Shown: positions 1 through 9,668 of the stretch, in pieces
How positions within the stretch are numbered: position 1 is the stretch's first letter
Layout of the letters: each line of letters opens with the position of its first letter
Assembly: GCA_947259215.1 (NCBI GenBank)
Contig: CAMYLJ010000001.1
Coordinates: 84,505 to 148,504 of the forward strand
From: an uncultured delta proteobacterium
GTDB lineage: Bacteria; Myxococcota_A; UBA9160; JAFDET01
Reading direction: 5' to 3'
DNA: 64,000 nt
The notes under the pieces: generated by a model
The model's input: only the letters and a program-made list of their open reading frames with translations
Told to the model about the DNA's origin: nothing
Databases searched by the model: none
Made by a program: the position numbers and the translations under genes

Positions 1-530
1 GCCGGCGCCAGCAGCAGGGGAATCGAGGGAAAGCGCCGGCCGCTGACCTGCACGACGTCGCGCAGGGCGGCGGCGCGCGGCGAGGTGACGATCCCAACGC
101 AGCCCGGGCGCGCGGGGGGCGGCCGCTTGCGGGACGGGTCGAAGAGGCCCTCGGTCTCGAGCCGACGGCGCAGCTGCTCGAAGGCCAGCTGCAATGCGCC
201 CTGCCCGCGCGGCTCGAGCGCCTGCACCACGAGCTGGAGCTCGCCGCGGGTCTCGTAGACCGTGAGGTCGCCCCAGGCCAGCACTTCGAGCCCGTCCTCG
301 GGCTCGAAGGCCACCCGACGCGCGTTGCCGCGGAAGAGCACGGCCCGCAGCTGCGCGCCGGAATCCTTCAGGGTGAAGTAGGTGTGGCCGGAAGGGTAGC
401 GGCGCAGGTTGCTGATCTCGCCGGCGACCCACAGGCGGCCGACGCGGTCCTCCAGCATCCCGCGCAAGCCCGCGAGCACTTCGCTGACCGAGTAGACGTG
501 GGGCGCAGCGTCGGGCGAGCCGTCGGTCAC
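1..530 (-). CDS. xseA: Exodeoxyribonuclease VII large subunit, N-terminal part (gene continues beyond the left edge)
   Basis: My own minus-strand translation from GTG at 530 gives VTDGSPDAAPHVYSVSEVLAGLRGMLEDRVGRLWVAGEISNLRRYPSGHTYFTLKDSGAQLRAVLFRG...GCVGIVTSPRAAALRDV. This is the typical XseA OB-fold N-terminus. It is absent from the ORF track because no stop lies inside the window. Confidence 0.8.
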   Translation of the reverse strand, partial: MTDGSPDAAPHVYSVSEVLAGLRGMLEDRVGRLWVAGEISNLRRYPSGHTYFTLKDSGAQLRAVLFRGNARRVAFEPEDGLEVLAWGDLTVYETRGELQLVVQALEPRGQGALQLAFEQLRRRLETEGLFDPSRKRPPPARPGCVGIVTSPRAAALRDVVQVSGRRFPSIPLLLAP

Positions 531-541
531 GGACCGAGTCT

Positions 542-715
542 AGGCGGGGCCCGCCCGCCGGCAAAGCTACTCGACGGCGGCGGCCTGCTGCGGCTCGCTG
601 GCCGCGCGCGCCGCTCGTCCGGCGAGCCTTCAGTGGCGGGTCCGGGTCAGGCGGGGCCCGCCGGCACCGTCACTCGACGGCGGCGGCCTGCTGCGGCTCG
701 CTGGCCGCGCGCGCC
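542..715. repeat. Local tandem duplication (about 105 bp period) of the ctpA 3' end plus its downstream GC hairpin
   Basis: An identical 44-nt block (actcgacggcggcggcctgctgcggctcgctggccgcgcgcgcc) occurs at 569-612 and 672-715. The string aggcggggcccgcc occurs at 542-555 and 649-662. The right copy is the real ctpA terminus (stop tca at 670-672). The left copy is an orphan with its own stop (cta at 567-569). Confidence 0.85.
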
Positions 716-2085
716 TGGTTCAGGCGCTCGAAGTACGTCCAGCTCTTCAGGACGTCGAGCGCGCGGGCGAGCTGGAGGTCCTGTTCGGCTTCGCTCTCGG
801 CGTCCCCTGCCTCGTCCGGTGTCGCGTCGCCGCCGGGCGCCTCCGCGTCGGGCGCGGCCTCGGGCTCCGCGTCCTGCTGGCGGAAGTGGCCCTCGAGATC
901 GCGCTCGCGGATGCGCCGCGCCCGCGACTCGTCGGCCTCGAGAATCGCCGCCGCGACCTCGATGTCCGGCTCGATGCCGACCTCCTGGATCGAGCGGTCG
1001 CCGGGCGTGTAGTAGAGCGCCGTCGTGAGCCGCAGCCCCGAGCCGTCGTTCAGCGGGATGATGGTCTGCACGGAGCCCTTGCCGAAGGTCTGGGTGCCGA
1101 GGATCAGCGCGCGGTGGTGGTCCTGGAGCGCGCCGGCCACGATCTCCGAGGCGCTCGCCGTGCCGCCGTTCACCAGGATGACGATCGGGTAGCCGGTCTC
1201 GGCGCCGCCGTCGTCGGCCCGGAACTCCTGGCGCTGGCTCTCGTGACGCCCGCGGGTGTAGACGATGAGCCCTTCCTCGAGCCAGACGTCCGCCACCTTC
1301 ACGGCCTGGTCGAGCAGACCGCCCGGGTTGTCCCGCAGGTCGAGGACCAGGCCGCGGAAGTCGTCACCGGCCTCGCTGTGGAGGGCGTCCAGGGTCTTGC
1401 TCAGGTCCGATCCGGTCCGCTCCTGGAAGGCGCGCAGCCGCACGTACGCGTAGCCCGGCTCGAGGAGACGTCCTTCCACCGAACGGATCTTCACGATGTC
1501 GCGCACGATCGTGTAGGGCTGGGGCCGATCGAAGCCTTCGCGGAAGATGCGGATGGTGATCTGCGTGCCCTTCGGACCGCGCATGAGTCGGACCGCCTCG
1601 ACCAGACTCATGTTCTTGGTACCGCGGCACTCCTCGTCGGCCTCCCAGTCCTCGGGCTGCTCGGTGGGACAGATGCCGACGATCTGGTCGCGCGCCTTGA
1701 TCCCCGCCTTGGAAGCGGGGGTGCCCTCGATGGGCGACACCACCTCCACGAAGCCGTCGCGGCGCTTGGCGATCTCGATCCCCAGGCCGGCGAACTCGCC
1801 GCGCGTATCGATCTGCATCTCCTTGTAGACGTCGGGATCGAGGTACGAGGAGTGCGGGTCCAGCTCCTGGAGCATGCCCTTCACCGCACCCTGGATGAGG
1901 TCGCGTTCGCCCACCGGCTCGACGTAGTTCTTGCGCACCAGGTTCAGGACCTCGGTGAAGAGCGAGAGGTCCTCGTAGCGGGTGGCGGCGAACGTGCTCT
2001 GCGGCCCCGGCCAGCCGAGGGCGATCAGGGCCGCGGCCACGCCGGCAGCGAAGGTCACGAGAAAGCGAAGGTTGAACCTGGGCAT
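670..2085 (-). CDS. ctpA: Carboxy-terminal processing protease (peptidase S41, PDZ-containing)
   Basis: 471 aa with an N-terminal TM/signal segment, a PDZ-like region (GLGIEI...VVSPIEGTPASKAGIKARDQIV) and an S41 core (NGGTASASEIVAGALQDHHRALILGTQTFGKGSVQT). Confidence 0.9.
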   Translation of the reverse strand: MPRFNLRFLVTFAAGVAAALIALGWPGPQSTFAATRYEDLSLFTEVLNLVRKNYVEPVGERDLIQGAVKGMLQELDPHSSYLDPDVYKEMQIDTRGEFAGLGIEIAKRRDGFVEVVSPIEGTPASKAGIKARDQIVGICPTEQPEDWEADEECRGTKNMSLVEAVRLMRGPKGTQITIRIFREGFDRPQPYTIVRDIVKIRSVEGRLLEPGYAYVRLRAFQERTGSDLSKTLDALHSEAGDDFRGLVLDLRDNPGGLLDQAVKVADVWLEEGLIVYTRGRHESQRQEFRADDGGAETGYPIVILVNGGTASASEIVAGALQDHHRALILGTQTFGKGSVQTIIPLNDGSGLRLTTALYYTPGDRSIQEVGIEPDIEVAAAILEADESRARRIRERDLEGHFRQQDAEPEAAPDAEAPGGDATPDEAGDAESEAEQDLQLARALDVLKSWTYFERLNQARAASEPQQAAAVE

Positions 2086-2154
2086 CGGGTTGTCGGGGCT
2101 CCTGGGGTGGGCTTCGGCGGGCCGAGGTTTCCCCTTGATTTACCCGATGTTGCC

Positions 2155-3318
2155 TTACCGATCGAGCTCCAGCCAGCGGGCCGGGTCCCGGGGCTCGGAC
2201 CCCTCCCGGATCTCGAAGTAGAGCCGGGGACCGCTGAGCGAGCCGGTCTCGCCCACCGTGCCGAGGACGCCGCCCTCCTCGACCCCCTCCCCGACGTCCA
2301 CGCGCAGCTCGTCCAGATGGCCGCTGACGGTGAAGTAGCCACCGCCGTGGTCGAGGATCACGATCCGCCCGTAGCCCCGGAACCAGCCCGCGAAGCGCAC
2401 CTCGCCCGGGGCGACGGCGTGCACCGGGGCACCCGCCTCGGCGGCGAAATCCACGCCCTTGCGGAAGACCTCGGTCCGGAACTCGGCGTCCACGACCCGG
2501 CCGAAGCCGCGGGCCACGGGGGCCTCCACGGGGGGCGGCAGCTGGCCCTGGAGAGCCGCGAAATCCACGCTGGGAGGGATTGCTGCCGGGTCCGTACGGG
2601 CCCTCCCACGCAGCCGGGCGAGGGTCTCCTCCAGCGCCACGGCGGCCGCCTCGAGCTCCTGGAGGGCGGCCCGCTCCGCGGCCCGATCCTGCCGCACGTC
2701 CGAGGCCAGGGCGCGCTTGGCCCGCCGCTGCTCGGCCAGCTCGCGACCCTGGGCGAAGGCCAGGCGCAGGGCGTGCTCGTTCTCCCGGGCGGCCTCGGTG
2801 GCCCGGGCGCGGGTCTGCTCCAGGTCCCGCCCGTCCGCCTCGAAACGCTCCAGCAGCGCCAGATCGTGCTCCAGCAGCAGACGCAGCACCCGGCTGCGCG
2901 CCAGCAGCTCCTGCAGGCTTCCAGCGCTGAAGACGGCGGCCACGGGGCCGCTCTCGCCGGCCTTGTAGAGCGCCACCGCCCGCAGCGACATGGCGGCCCG
3001 GGTCCGCTCCCGGCGCTCGGCCAGGGCCGCGGCGAGCGCCTCGGCCTCCACCAGCTCTCGGCGGGCCGCCTCGGCCCGGGAGCGCGCCCGCTCCCCGTCC
3101 GAAGACAGGCGCGCCGCCGCACGGTCCATCTCCTCCAGCGTCTCGAGCAGACCGCGCTCCCGCCGCTCGAAGGCCTCCAGCCGCTCGCGCCGCTGCTCGA
3201 TCTCGCGGCGCACCGACCCCAGCTCGCGCTCCCGCTCCGCGTCACTGACGGCCCCGGCCGCCGGGACTGCGGCCACCAGCAGCACGGCCGCGAGGCGCCC
3301 GAGGGACCGTGCCCTCAC
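2155..3318 (-). CDS. envC: EnvC-like murein hydrolase activator (coiled coil plus degenerate LytM/M23 domain)
   Basis: I trimmed the 711-aa track ORF to GTG at 3318, which overlaps the ftsX stop (GTGA). It has a signal-like N-terminus (VRARSLGRLAAVLLVAAVPAAGA), long E/R/A/L coiled coils and a C-terminal M23 fold (GYGRIVILDHGGGYFTVSGHL...GPRLYFEIR). The catalytic His positions appear substituted (RKGVDF, PRLYFE), as in the E. coli EnvC dLytM domain. Confidence 0.8.
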   Translation of the reverse strand: MRARSLGRLAAVLLVAAVPAAGAVSDAERERELGSVRREIEQRRERLEAFERRERGLLETLEEMDRAAARLSSDGERARSRAEAARRELVEAEALAAALAERRERTRAAMSLRAVALYKAGESGPVAAVFSAGSLQELLARSRVLRLLLEHDLALLERFEADGRDLEQTRARATEAARENEHALRLAFAQGRELAEQRRAKRALASDVRQDRAAERAALQELEAAAVALEETLARLRGRARTDPAAIPPSVDFAALQGQLPPPVEAPVARGFGRVVDAEFRTEVFRKGVDFAAEAGAPVHAVAPGEVRFAGWFRGYGRIVILDHGGGYFTVSGHLDELRVDVGEGVEEGGVLGTVGETGSLSGPRLYFEIREGSEPRDPARWLELDR

Positions 3319-4216
3319 GAACGCCACCCGCTCAGCAGCGCCGCCGCGGACCCCAGGGCTCCGAGCGCGGCGCCGGCGACCACGAGCGCGAGCGCGCTGC
3401 CGGGCGCGAAGAAGGCCGGCTCGGCGAAGCCCAGCAGCAGGGAGAACCCGGACTCGATCTCGGGCAGCGTCGCTCGGAAGAGCGCGTAGAGCCCGACGAG
3501 CGCGAGCACGCCGCCCGCCGCGCCCTGCAGGCAACCCTCGATCAGGAACGGCCACGCCACGAACGTGCGGCTCGCCCCGACCAGGGCCAGGATCTCGATC
3601 TCGTCGCGGCGCGCGAAGATGGCCAGCCGGATGGTGTTGGCCACGATCAGCAACGCCGCTACCGCCAGCACGGCCCCGGCGCCGATCGTCACACCCCGCG
3701 CCAGCCGCACCGCGCGCGCGTAGCCCTCGACCCATTCCTGGCCGAAGGCCAGGTCGGCGACCCCGGGCAGCCCGTCGAGGGCCTCCACCACCCGGCGCAG
3801 GCCTTCGGGTCCGCGTTGCGCCTCGTGGAGGGTGATCTCCAGGGAGGCCGGCAGGGGGTTCTCCTCCAGGGCGTCGAGCAGTCCGCTCTGGGCGCCGACC
3901 CCTTCGCGGAAGCGGCGCAGCGCCTCCTCGCGGCTGATGACGGCCACCTCCGCCACGCCCTCGATCGTGGCCACGCGCGCGGCCAGGCTCGTGCGGGCGT
4001 CGGCGTCGAGGTCGGGCTCCAGGTAGGCGGTCACGCCGAGATCGTCCCCCACCCGGTCGAGCAGCCCCTGCATGTTCTGGACGAGCAGCCCGAAGGCACC
4101 CACCAGCAGCAGCGCCACGGCGATGGTGGCGACGCAGACGGCGCTCGTCGTCGGACTGCCCACCAGCCCGCGCAGGGACGTGCGCGCCACGTAGCGCAGG
4201 TCCGCGGCCAGCCGGG

Positions 4217-4220
<4 letters not shown>
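3315..4220 (-). CDS. ftsX: Cell division ABC transporter permease FtsX
   Basis: 301 aa with FtsX topology: a TM segment, a periplasmic loop, then three C-terminal TM segments. It sits immediately downstream of ftsE with a 4-nt overlap. Confidence 0.9.
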
Positions 4221-4936
<716 letters not shown>

Positions 4937-4943
4937 CGCCGAC

Positions 4944-5423
4944 TCACTTCCCGCCGCTCTTCCGCTTGCGCGCGTGGTCCACCAGGTACTCGAGCACCAC
5001 CTCGTCGAGGGGCTTCTCGGACACGATGTTCTGGCCGAAGGGGCGCGACGGCTCGGACGGGCCGGCGGCAGCGGCAGCGGGCTCGGACTCCGGGGGCCGG
5101 GTCGGCGTCTCCGGCTGGGTGGTGGACCCGGTGACGTCGGTCGAGGCCCCCGCGCCCAGGCGCTGGTCGATCAGCCCGTCGAAGGCCCCCGCCCGCAGGC
5201 GCTTCAGCATCGACTTGTGCTGGGCCTCCATCCGCTTCTTCACCTCCCCCTCCAGATCGAGCGAGTCGAGCACGTCGTCGTACTTGCTCTTCTCCGAAGA
5301 GAGGATCGTCCCGTGGTGGTAGAGGTGCGTGATGATGTGGGGATTGCGGACGCCGCTGTCCTCGGTCTGGACGTGGAACAGCACACCGCGATGACGAATG
5401 TTCGTGTTGAATCCGGACAGCAT
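4944..5423 (-). CDS. Conserved-looking small protein of unknown function, first gene of the ftsEX operon
   Basis: Trimmed from the 813-aa track ORF to ATG at 5423. The 159-aa product reads MLSGFNTNIRHRGVLFHVQTEDSGVRNPHIITHLYHHGTILSSEKSKYDD..., followed by a P/T/E/A-rich linker and a basic tail. High-GC3 coding-like codons. Its stop lies 7 nt before the ftsE start. Confidence 0.7.
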   Translation of the reverse strand: MLSGFNTNIRHRGVLFHVQTEDSGVRNPHIITHLYHHGTILSSEKSKYDDVLDSLDLEGEVKKRMEAQHKSMLKRLRAGAFDGLIDQRLGAGASTDVTGSTTQPETPTRPPESEPAAAAAGPSEPSRPFGQNIVSEKPLDEVVLEYLVDHARKRKSGGK

Positions 5424-5686
5424 CCCCGGTCCGTCCCCCCGAGCGGAGAGCGGCCCAATGTGCGCGACGGGGCCGGCGCGCGCAAGCAACTCGCGCGGCA
5501 GGCACCGGAGCACACGTCGGGTTTCGCCGATTCCGCCGGCCCGGCGAGCGTATCGGCCAGCCGGCCGCGGCCCTGAACGCGCAAGGCCGGGAGGGGGCCC
5601 CGGCCGTGAATGCGGGGGCCGGGGAGCGGACCCCGGCCCGCGGATCGCGAGCCGGGGCCCCAAGGCGGCGGCGCGGAGGGCCCGCG

Positions 5687-6337
5687 CTAGGGCGCCCGGC
5701 GCAGGGCGCCGGGGGCTGCCGCCAGGCCCGCGAGACCCGCGAGCGCGAGGAGCCCCCCGGCCGGCTCCGGCACCGAGACCGGGGCGCTGCCCGGGGTCGG
5801 CGTGGCCAGGACGGCGAAGTCGGCGGCGTTGTCGTCCGTGTCCAGGTCCGCGAAGGCACGGGCCAGGCTGGAGCCCGCCGGCGGGTCGGGCGCGGCGGCG
5901 CCCTCGCCGGCGAAGACCTCGCCGGCGCCGAAGACGCCATAGCCGACGGCGTCGATCACGCTCGAGGCGTCGCGCAGCACCACGGAGTCCGGGCCGTTCT
6001 GGAAGTCGAAGTTGGCGACCAGGTCCGCGCCCAGTACCGAGGTGCCGCCGCCGGAGGTGCCGTCCGCCACCACGAACAGGCCGTCGGCGGGGATCACCCC
6101 GGACAGGGCGACAGTCGGTCCCGCCTGGCCGTTGGCGCCGTTCACGCCCTCGAGGAAGAGCCCCGTCAGCGACGTCCCCGGCGCGCCGTAGAGCTCGACG
6201 AACGAGAGCCCGTCGTCCGAGCCCACGGCGTCGTAGAGCAGCTCGGAGATCAGGGGCAGGCTGCGGGCCGGACCCGCCGCGCACAGCGTGAGCGCGGCGA
6301 CCAGGCCCAGGGTCGGAAGATGGAGCGGCCGAAACAT
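5687..6337 (-). CDS. Secreted lamin-tail-domain (LTD) protein with a PEP-CTERM sorting signal
   Basis: Signal peptide, then an LTD-like start (LISELLYDAVGSDDGLSFVELYG). The C-terminus VPEPAGGLLALAGLAGLAAAPGALRRAP has the PEP motif, a hydrophobic helix and a basic tail. Confidence 0.75.
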   Translation of the reverse strand: MFRPLHLPTLGLVAALTLCAAGPARSLPLISELLYDAVGSDDGLSFVELYGAPGTSLTGLFLEGVNGANGQAGPTVALSGVIPADGLFVVADGTSGGGTSVLGADLVANFDFQNGPDSVVLRDASSVIDAVGYGVFGAGEVFAGEGAAAPDPPAGSSLARAFADLDTDDNAADFAVLATPTPGSAPVSVPEPAGGLLALAGLAGLAAAPGALRRAP

Positions 6338-6367
6338 GGCGTTCCTCCGGGACCGGCGGGGCGAAGA

Positions 6368-7900
6368 TCAAGGCGAGAGCGACGCCGCGCGCCGGCCGAA
6401 CCAGCCGCCGGTCCAGGCGTCGAGCCCCGCCGCGAGCTCGTCGGCTCGCAGGCGCAGCCGCGCCGCCTCCTCGCGGGTGGAGCCGGGCCCGGAGGCCAGC
6501 GCCAGCAGCACGCGGCGTCGCTCGAAGTAGAGTCGGGTCACCTCGTCCAGCACGTCGTCCCGCAGCTCGATCAGCGCGCGCCCCTCGCGGGAGACGTCCA
6601 GGGCGTCCGGGTGGAAGACCGTGTCGCCCAGGTCCCAGCTGAAGACGAGGCTCACGCCGACGTCGGTTCCACGATCGAACTCCTCGTCGAAGAGGTCCCT
6701 CAGCCCGCCGGACAGGAAGGCCTGGTCGAAGTCCCGCCGGCGGTCCCGGGAGAGATCCCCGCCGGCGCGCAGGTCCACCGTCGGGAGCCAGCCGCGGCGG
6801 TCCACGCCGCGGCGCAGGGCGCGCAGGCGCCCGGGGTCGAGGTCCAGGTAGGCCAGCGCCGCGCGCTGAACGCTGCGGACGTCGGGCTCGGCGCTCCGAG
6901 GCGGAAGGGCCGGTCGCTCGGCGCTGTGCGACGGGGCCGGCTCGGAGGGGGAAGCGGCCGCGGCGCCACGCACGAGGCCGCGCACACCCGCCGCCACGAG
7001 CCCGCTTCCGCTGCGCGTGAGGGCGTGCATGGCGACGTCCGCCGGCGCCCCGACGCGCGTCCAGGGCCCCCCGGGCTCGCCGGACACCAGCAGCCCCCGG
7101 TCGCTGGCGAGCCAGGTGCGGCCCGCGTGCACGGCCCCCCGGCGCGCGCGGGCGCCTGCCGGGAGCTCCAGGGGCAGACTCGCCGCGGTCTCCTGGCCCG
7201 CGGCGACGACGGCGACCCAGTCGGCACCGATGGCCAGCACCGCGCGGCCCAGGGGCACGAGATCGAGCGCATCGGAGCGGGCGCCCCGCCCGCGGAGGGC
7301 GACGCGTTCGGCGGGATCCAGCCGGAGCTCCGCTCCCTCCCGCCTGCCCGGCACGCGATACAGGCGCCCTCCCGCGCTCAGCCAAAGCTCGAATAGGGGG
7401 GTGTCAACACCCTGAACCAGAAGGAGAACCGAATTCACCGCACCCGTGGGAAGCCCTTCGCGCGCGCGACTCCAGCGGTGACCGTCGGGCGACACGAACA
7501 CGCCTCCCTCGCCGGCCACGGCCAGGATCCCCGACGCGATCGAGATCCGGGCGAGCCGCCGGTCCCGCTCTCCCACGCCCGGTGAGCGGTCCTCGAGCTG
7601 CCCCCCTGGCGCCAATCGCGCGAGCCCGGCGCTGCCGGCGATCCAGAGCACACCGCGGGCGTCGAAGGCCAGGTCCGCCGCGTCCCCACGCAGCGCATGG
7701 CGCTGCCAGCCCTCGGCGGTCTGCACCAGCGCGCCGCGGGCGTCCGCCACCGCCAGCTCGCCCGCGGGACCGCTCGCGACCGCCACGAGCTCCGTGGAAG
7801 CCCCGGGAACCCGCTGCCGCTCCCAGCGCAGGGGCGGCTCGGCGGCCAGGGCCACGCTGGCCTGAAGCGTCAGCAGCGGGATCAGGAGGAAGAGGCGCAC
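6368..7900 (-). CDS. Secreted hypothetical protein, N-terminal beta-propeller-like region
   Basis: 510 aa with signal peptide MRLFLLIPLLTLQASVALAAE. It has repetitive G/A/V-rich strands and one BNR-like motif (SPDGHRW). The C-terminal ~170 aa is an unknown domain. Codon pattern is coding-like. Confidence 0.6.
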   Translation of the reverse strand: MRLFLLIPLLTLQASVALAAEPPLRWERQRVPGASTELVAVASGPAGELAVADARGALVQTAEGWQRHALRGDAADLAFDARGVLWIAGSAGLARLAPGGQLEDRSPGVGERDRRLARISIASGILAVAGEGGVFVSPDGHRWSRAREGLPTGAVNSVLLLVQGVDTPLFELWLSAGGRLYRVPGRREGAELRLDPAERVALRGRGARSDALDLVPLGRAVLAIGADWVAVVAAGQETAASLPLELPAGARARRGAVHAGRTWLASDRGLLVSGEPGGPWTRVGAPADVAMHALTRSGSGLVAAGVRGLVRGAAAASPSEPAPSHSAERPALPPRSAEPDVRSVQRAALAYLDLDPGRLRALRRGVDRRGWLPTVDLRAGGDLSRDRRRDFDQAFLSGGLRDLFDEEFDRGTDVGVSLVFSWDLGDTVFHPDALDVSREGRALIELRDDVLDEVTRLYFERRRVLLALASGPGSTREEAARLRLRADELAAGLDAWTGGWFGRRAASLSP

Positions 7901-8048
7901 GGGCGAAAGCCTTGAGCAAGCCGCGTGCCAGCGTCGACGGGCCGCGACGGGCCCCCTTGCACACCCTTCGTAGCGTGACGATCACACGCGCGGACGAACG
8001 CGCGTACACGTGCTTGACGGCCCCGGACCCCTTCTCGACACTCCGCCC

Positions 8049-8705
8049 ATGCGGCGCGCCGCGTTCGTACTCCCCGTCCTGGCCGCAGCCCTGCTCGGAT
8101 CCCCGCTCGCAGCCGACGAGCTCGATCCCGAGCGACCGACCATCTACAAGTGGGTGGACGAGAACGGCATCGCCCACTACACGACCGACCGCAAGCGCAT
8201 CCCCTCCAATCTGCGCAACCGGATCCGGGACACGGACAGCATCCGCGCCGAGCAGGCCGCACCTGCGGCGGCATCCCGGGCGCGGGCTCAGGACGCCGCT
8301 CGCGCGAACGAGGGGCTCGCGCGTCCCGCGCCGAAGAGCGACGAGGTCTGGGCCGTGCGCGACGAGGACACCGCTGCGGAGGGCGAGTCGGTGGCCCGCG
8401 GCGGCTTCACGGAGTCCGGCGACCCCGAGGGCAGCGCCGCACCCATCGTCGAAGACCCGGCGACGCGCGCCGAGCGCGCGGACCTGGACAACCGCATCGC
8501 GACCCTGGAGCAGGAGCTGGCCCGCGACGAGGAGCGACTGAAGCAGCTCATCAGCGAGGCCCGGCCCGAAGCCGCGCAGCCGGTGCCCCTGTACCGCGAC
8601 CCGGAGCTCGAGGAGATCGCCCAGCGCTTCCCCCAGATCCAGGCGGACCTGGCAGCGCTGCGGGCACGGCGCCGCAGCCTCGACCTGCCGACGGGCACCA
8701 ACTAG
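8049..8705 (+). CDS. DUF4124-like secreted protein
   Basis: I prefer ATG at 8049 (MRRAAFVLPVLAAALLGSPLAA signal). The motif IYKWVDENGIAHYTTD is typical of DUF4124. The rest is a charged coiled-coil-like tail. Confidence 0.65.
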   Translation: MRRAAFVLPVLAAALLGSPLAADELDPERPTIYKWVDENGIAHYTTDRKRIPSNLRNRIRDTDSIRAEQAAPAAASRARAQDAARANEGLARPAPKSDEVWAVRDEDTAAEGESVARGGFTESGDPEGSAAPIVEDPATRAERADLDNRIATLEQELARDEERLKQLISEARPEAAQPVPLYRDPELEEIAQRFPQIQADLAALRARRRSLDLPTGTN

Positions 8706-8711
8706 ATCGCC

Positions 8712-9668
8712 GTGGCGCCCACCCACGCGCGACCCATCGTGGCGCTGGCCGGCGGCGTGGGGGCGGCGCGCTTCCTGCGCGGGCTGGTGGAGGCCGTTCC
8801 GGCCGAGCAGGTGGCCGCGGTCGTGAACACCGGGGACGACGCGGAGTTCTACGGCGTCCACGTCTCGCCGGACCTCGACATCGTCACCTACACGCTGGCG
8901 GACCGCGTGAACCGGGAGCGGGGCTACGGCATCGAGGGCGACTCCTTCGGCGTGGTGGACGCCCTCGGCGCGCTGGGGCACGAGACCTGGTTCCGCCTGG
9001 GAGATCGGGACTTCGCGACCTGCCTGCACCGCACGGGGCGCCTGCGGGCGGGCGCAGGCCTGGCCGCCGTGACGGACGAGATCCGGCGGGCCTTCGGCGT
9101 CGCCGTGCGCATCGTGCCCATGTCCGAGGATCCCTGTCCCACGTACGTGGAGTTCGAGGGCGGGCGCCGCGTGCACTTCGAAGAGTACCTGGCGCGCGAC
9201 GGGGCGCCGGGCGACGTGCGCGGCGTCGATCTGGCCGCCGCCCGTGCCGCCCGGCCGGCACCCGGGGTGACGGAGCTCCTGCGCGCCGCGGAGACGATCC
9301 TCGTCTGCCCGAGCAACCCGGTGGTCTCGATCGGGCCCATCCTCGCGCTGCCCGGCCTGCGCGAGGCCATCGCCGCATCCGGCGCGCCCGTGGTCGGGGT
9401 CTCGCCCATCGTCGGCGGCGCCCCGGTGAAGGGGCCCGCGGATCGCCTGCTGCGCGGGGTCGGCATCGAGGTCTCCGCCCGCGGCGTCGCGGGCCTCTAC
9501 CGCGACTGGCTGCACGGCTTCGTGATCGACGCCCGGGACAGCGAGCAGGCGGCCGAGGTGGGAGCCCTGGGCCTGCGCGCCGTCGTGACCGACACCATCA
9601 TGCGCGACCGCGGCGCCGCGGCGGCCCTGGCCCGCACGGCCCTGGAGCTGGCTGCGCAGCTGCGATGA
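8712..9668 (+). CDS. cofD: 2-phospho-L-lactate transferase (F420 biosynthesis)
   Basis: N-terminus IVALAGGVGAARFLRGL...VVNTGDD matches the CofD/FbiA signature. 318 aa, GTG start. Confidence 0.85.
   Translation: MAPTHARPIVALAGGVGAARFLRGLVEAVPAEQVAAVVNTGDDAEFYGVHVSPDLDIVTYTLADRVNRERGYGIEGDSFGVVDALGALGHETWFRLGDRDFATCLHRTGRLRAGAGLAAVTDEIRRAFGVAVRIVPMSEDPCPTYVEFEGGRRVHFEEYLARDGAPGDVRGVDLAAARAARPAPGVTELLRAAETILVCPSNPVVSIGPILALPGLREAIAASGAPVVGVSPIVGGAPVKGPADRLLRGVGIEVSARGVAGLYRDWLHGFVIDARDSEQAAEVGALGLRAVVTDTIMRDRGAAAALARTALELAAQLR

Noticed and set aside
886-3489. Long track ORFs on the opposite strand or in alternative frames of real genes. Examples: 886-3489(+), 5606-7396(+), 7404-9515(-), 13272-15392(-), 15260-17197(-), 22406-25426(+), 25177-26679(-), 26821-28728(+), 28832-30772(-), 33330-35003(+), 37318-39342(+), 37887-40523(+), 47309-50377(+), 48252-50657(-), 52650-55316(-) and 60499-62649(-).
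   Set aside because: Their products are R/A/G/P/H-rich low-complexity strings with no recognisable motifs. Each fully overlaps a gene that has clear family signatures and the expected GC3 pattern. These are typical stop-codon-poor shadow ORFs of a high-GC genome.
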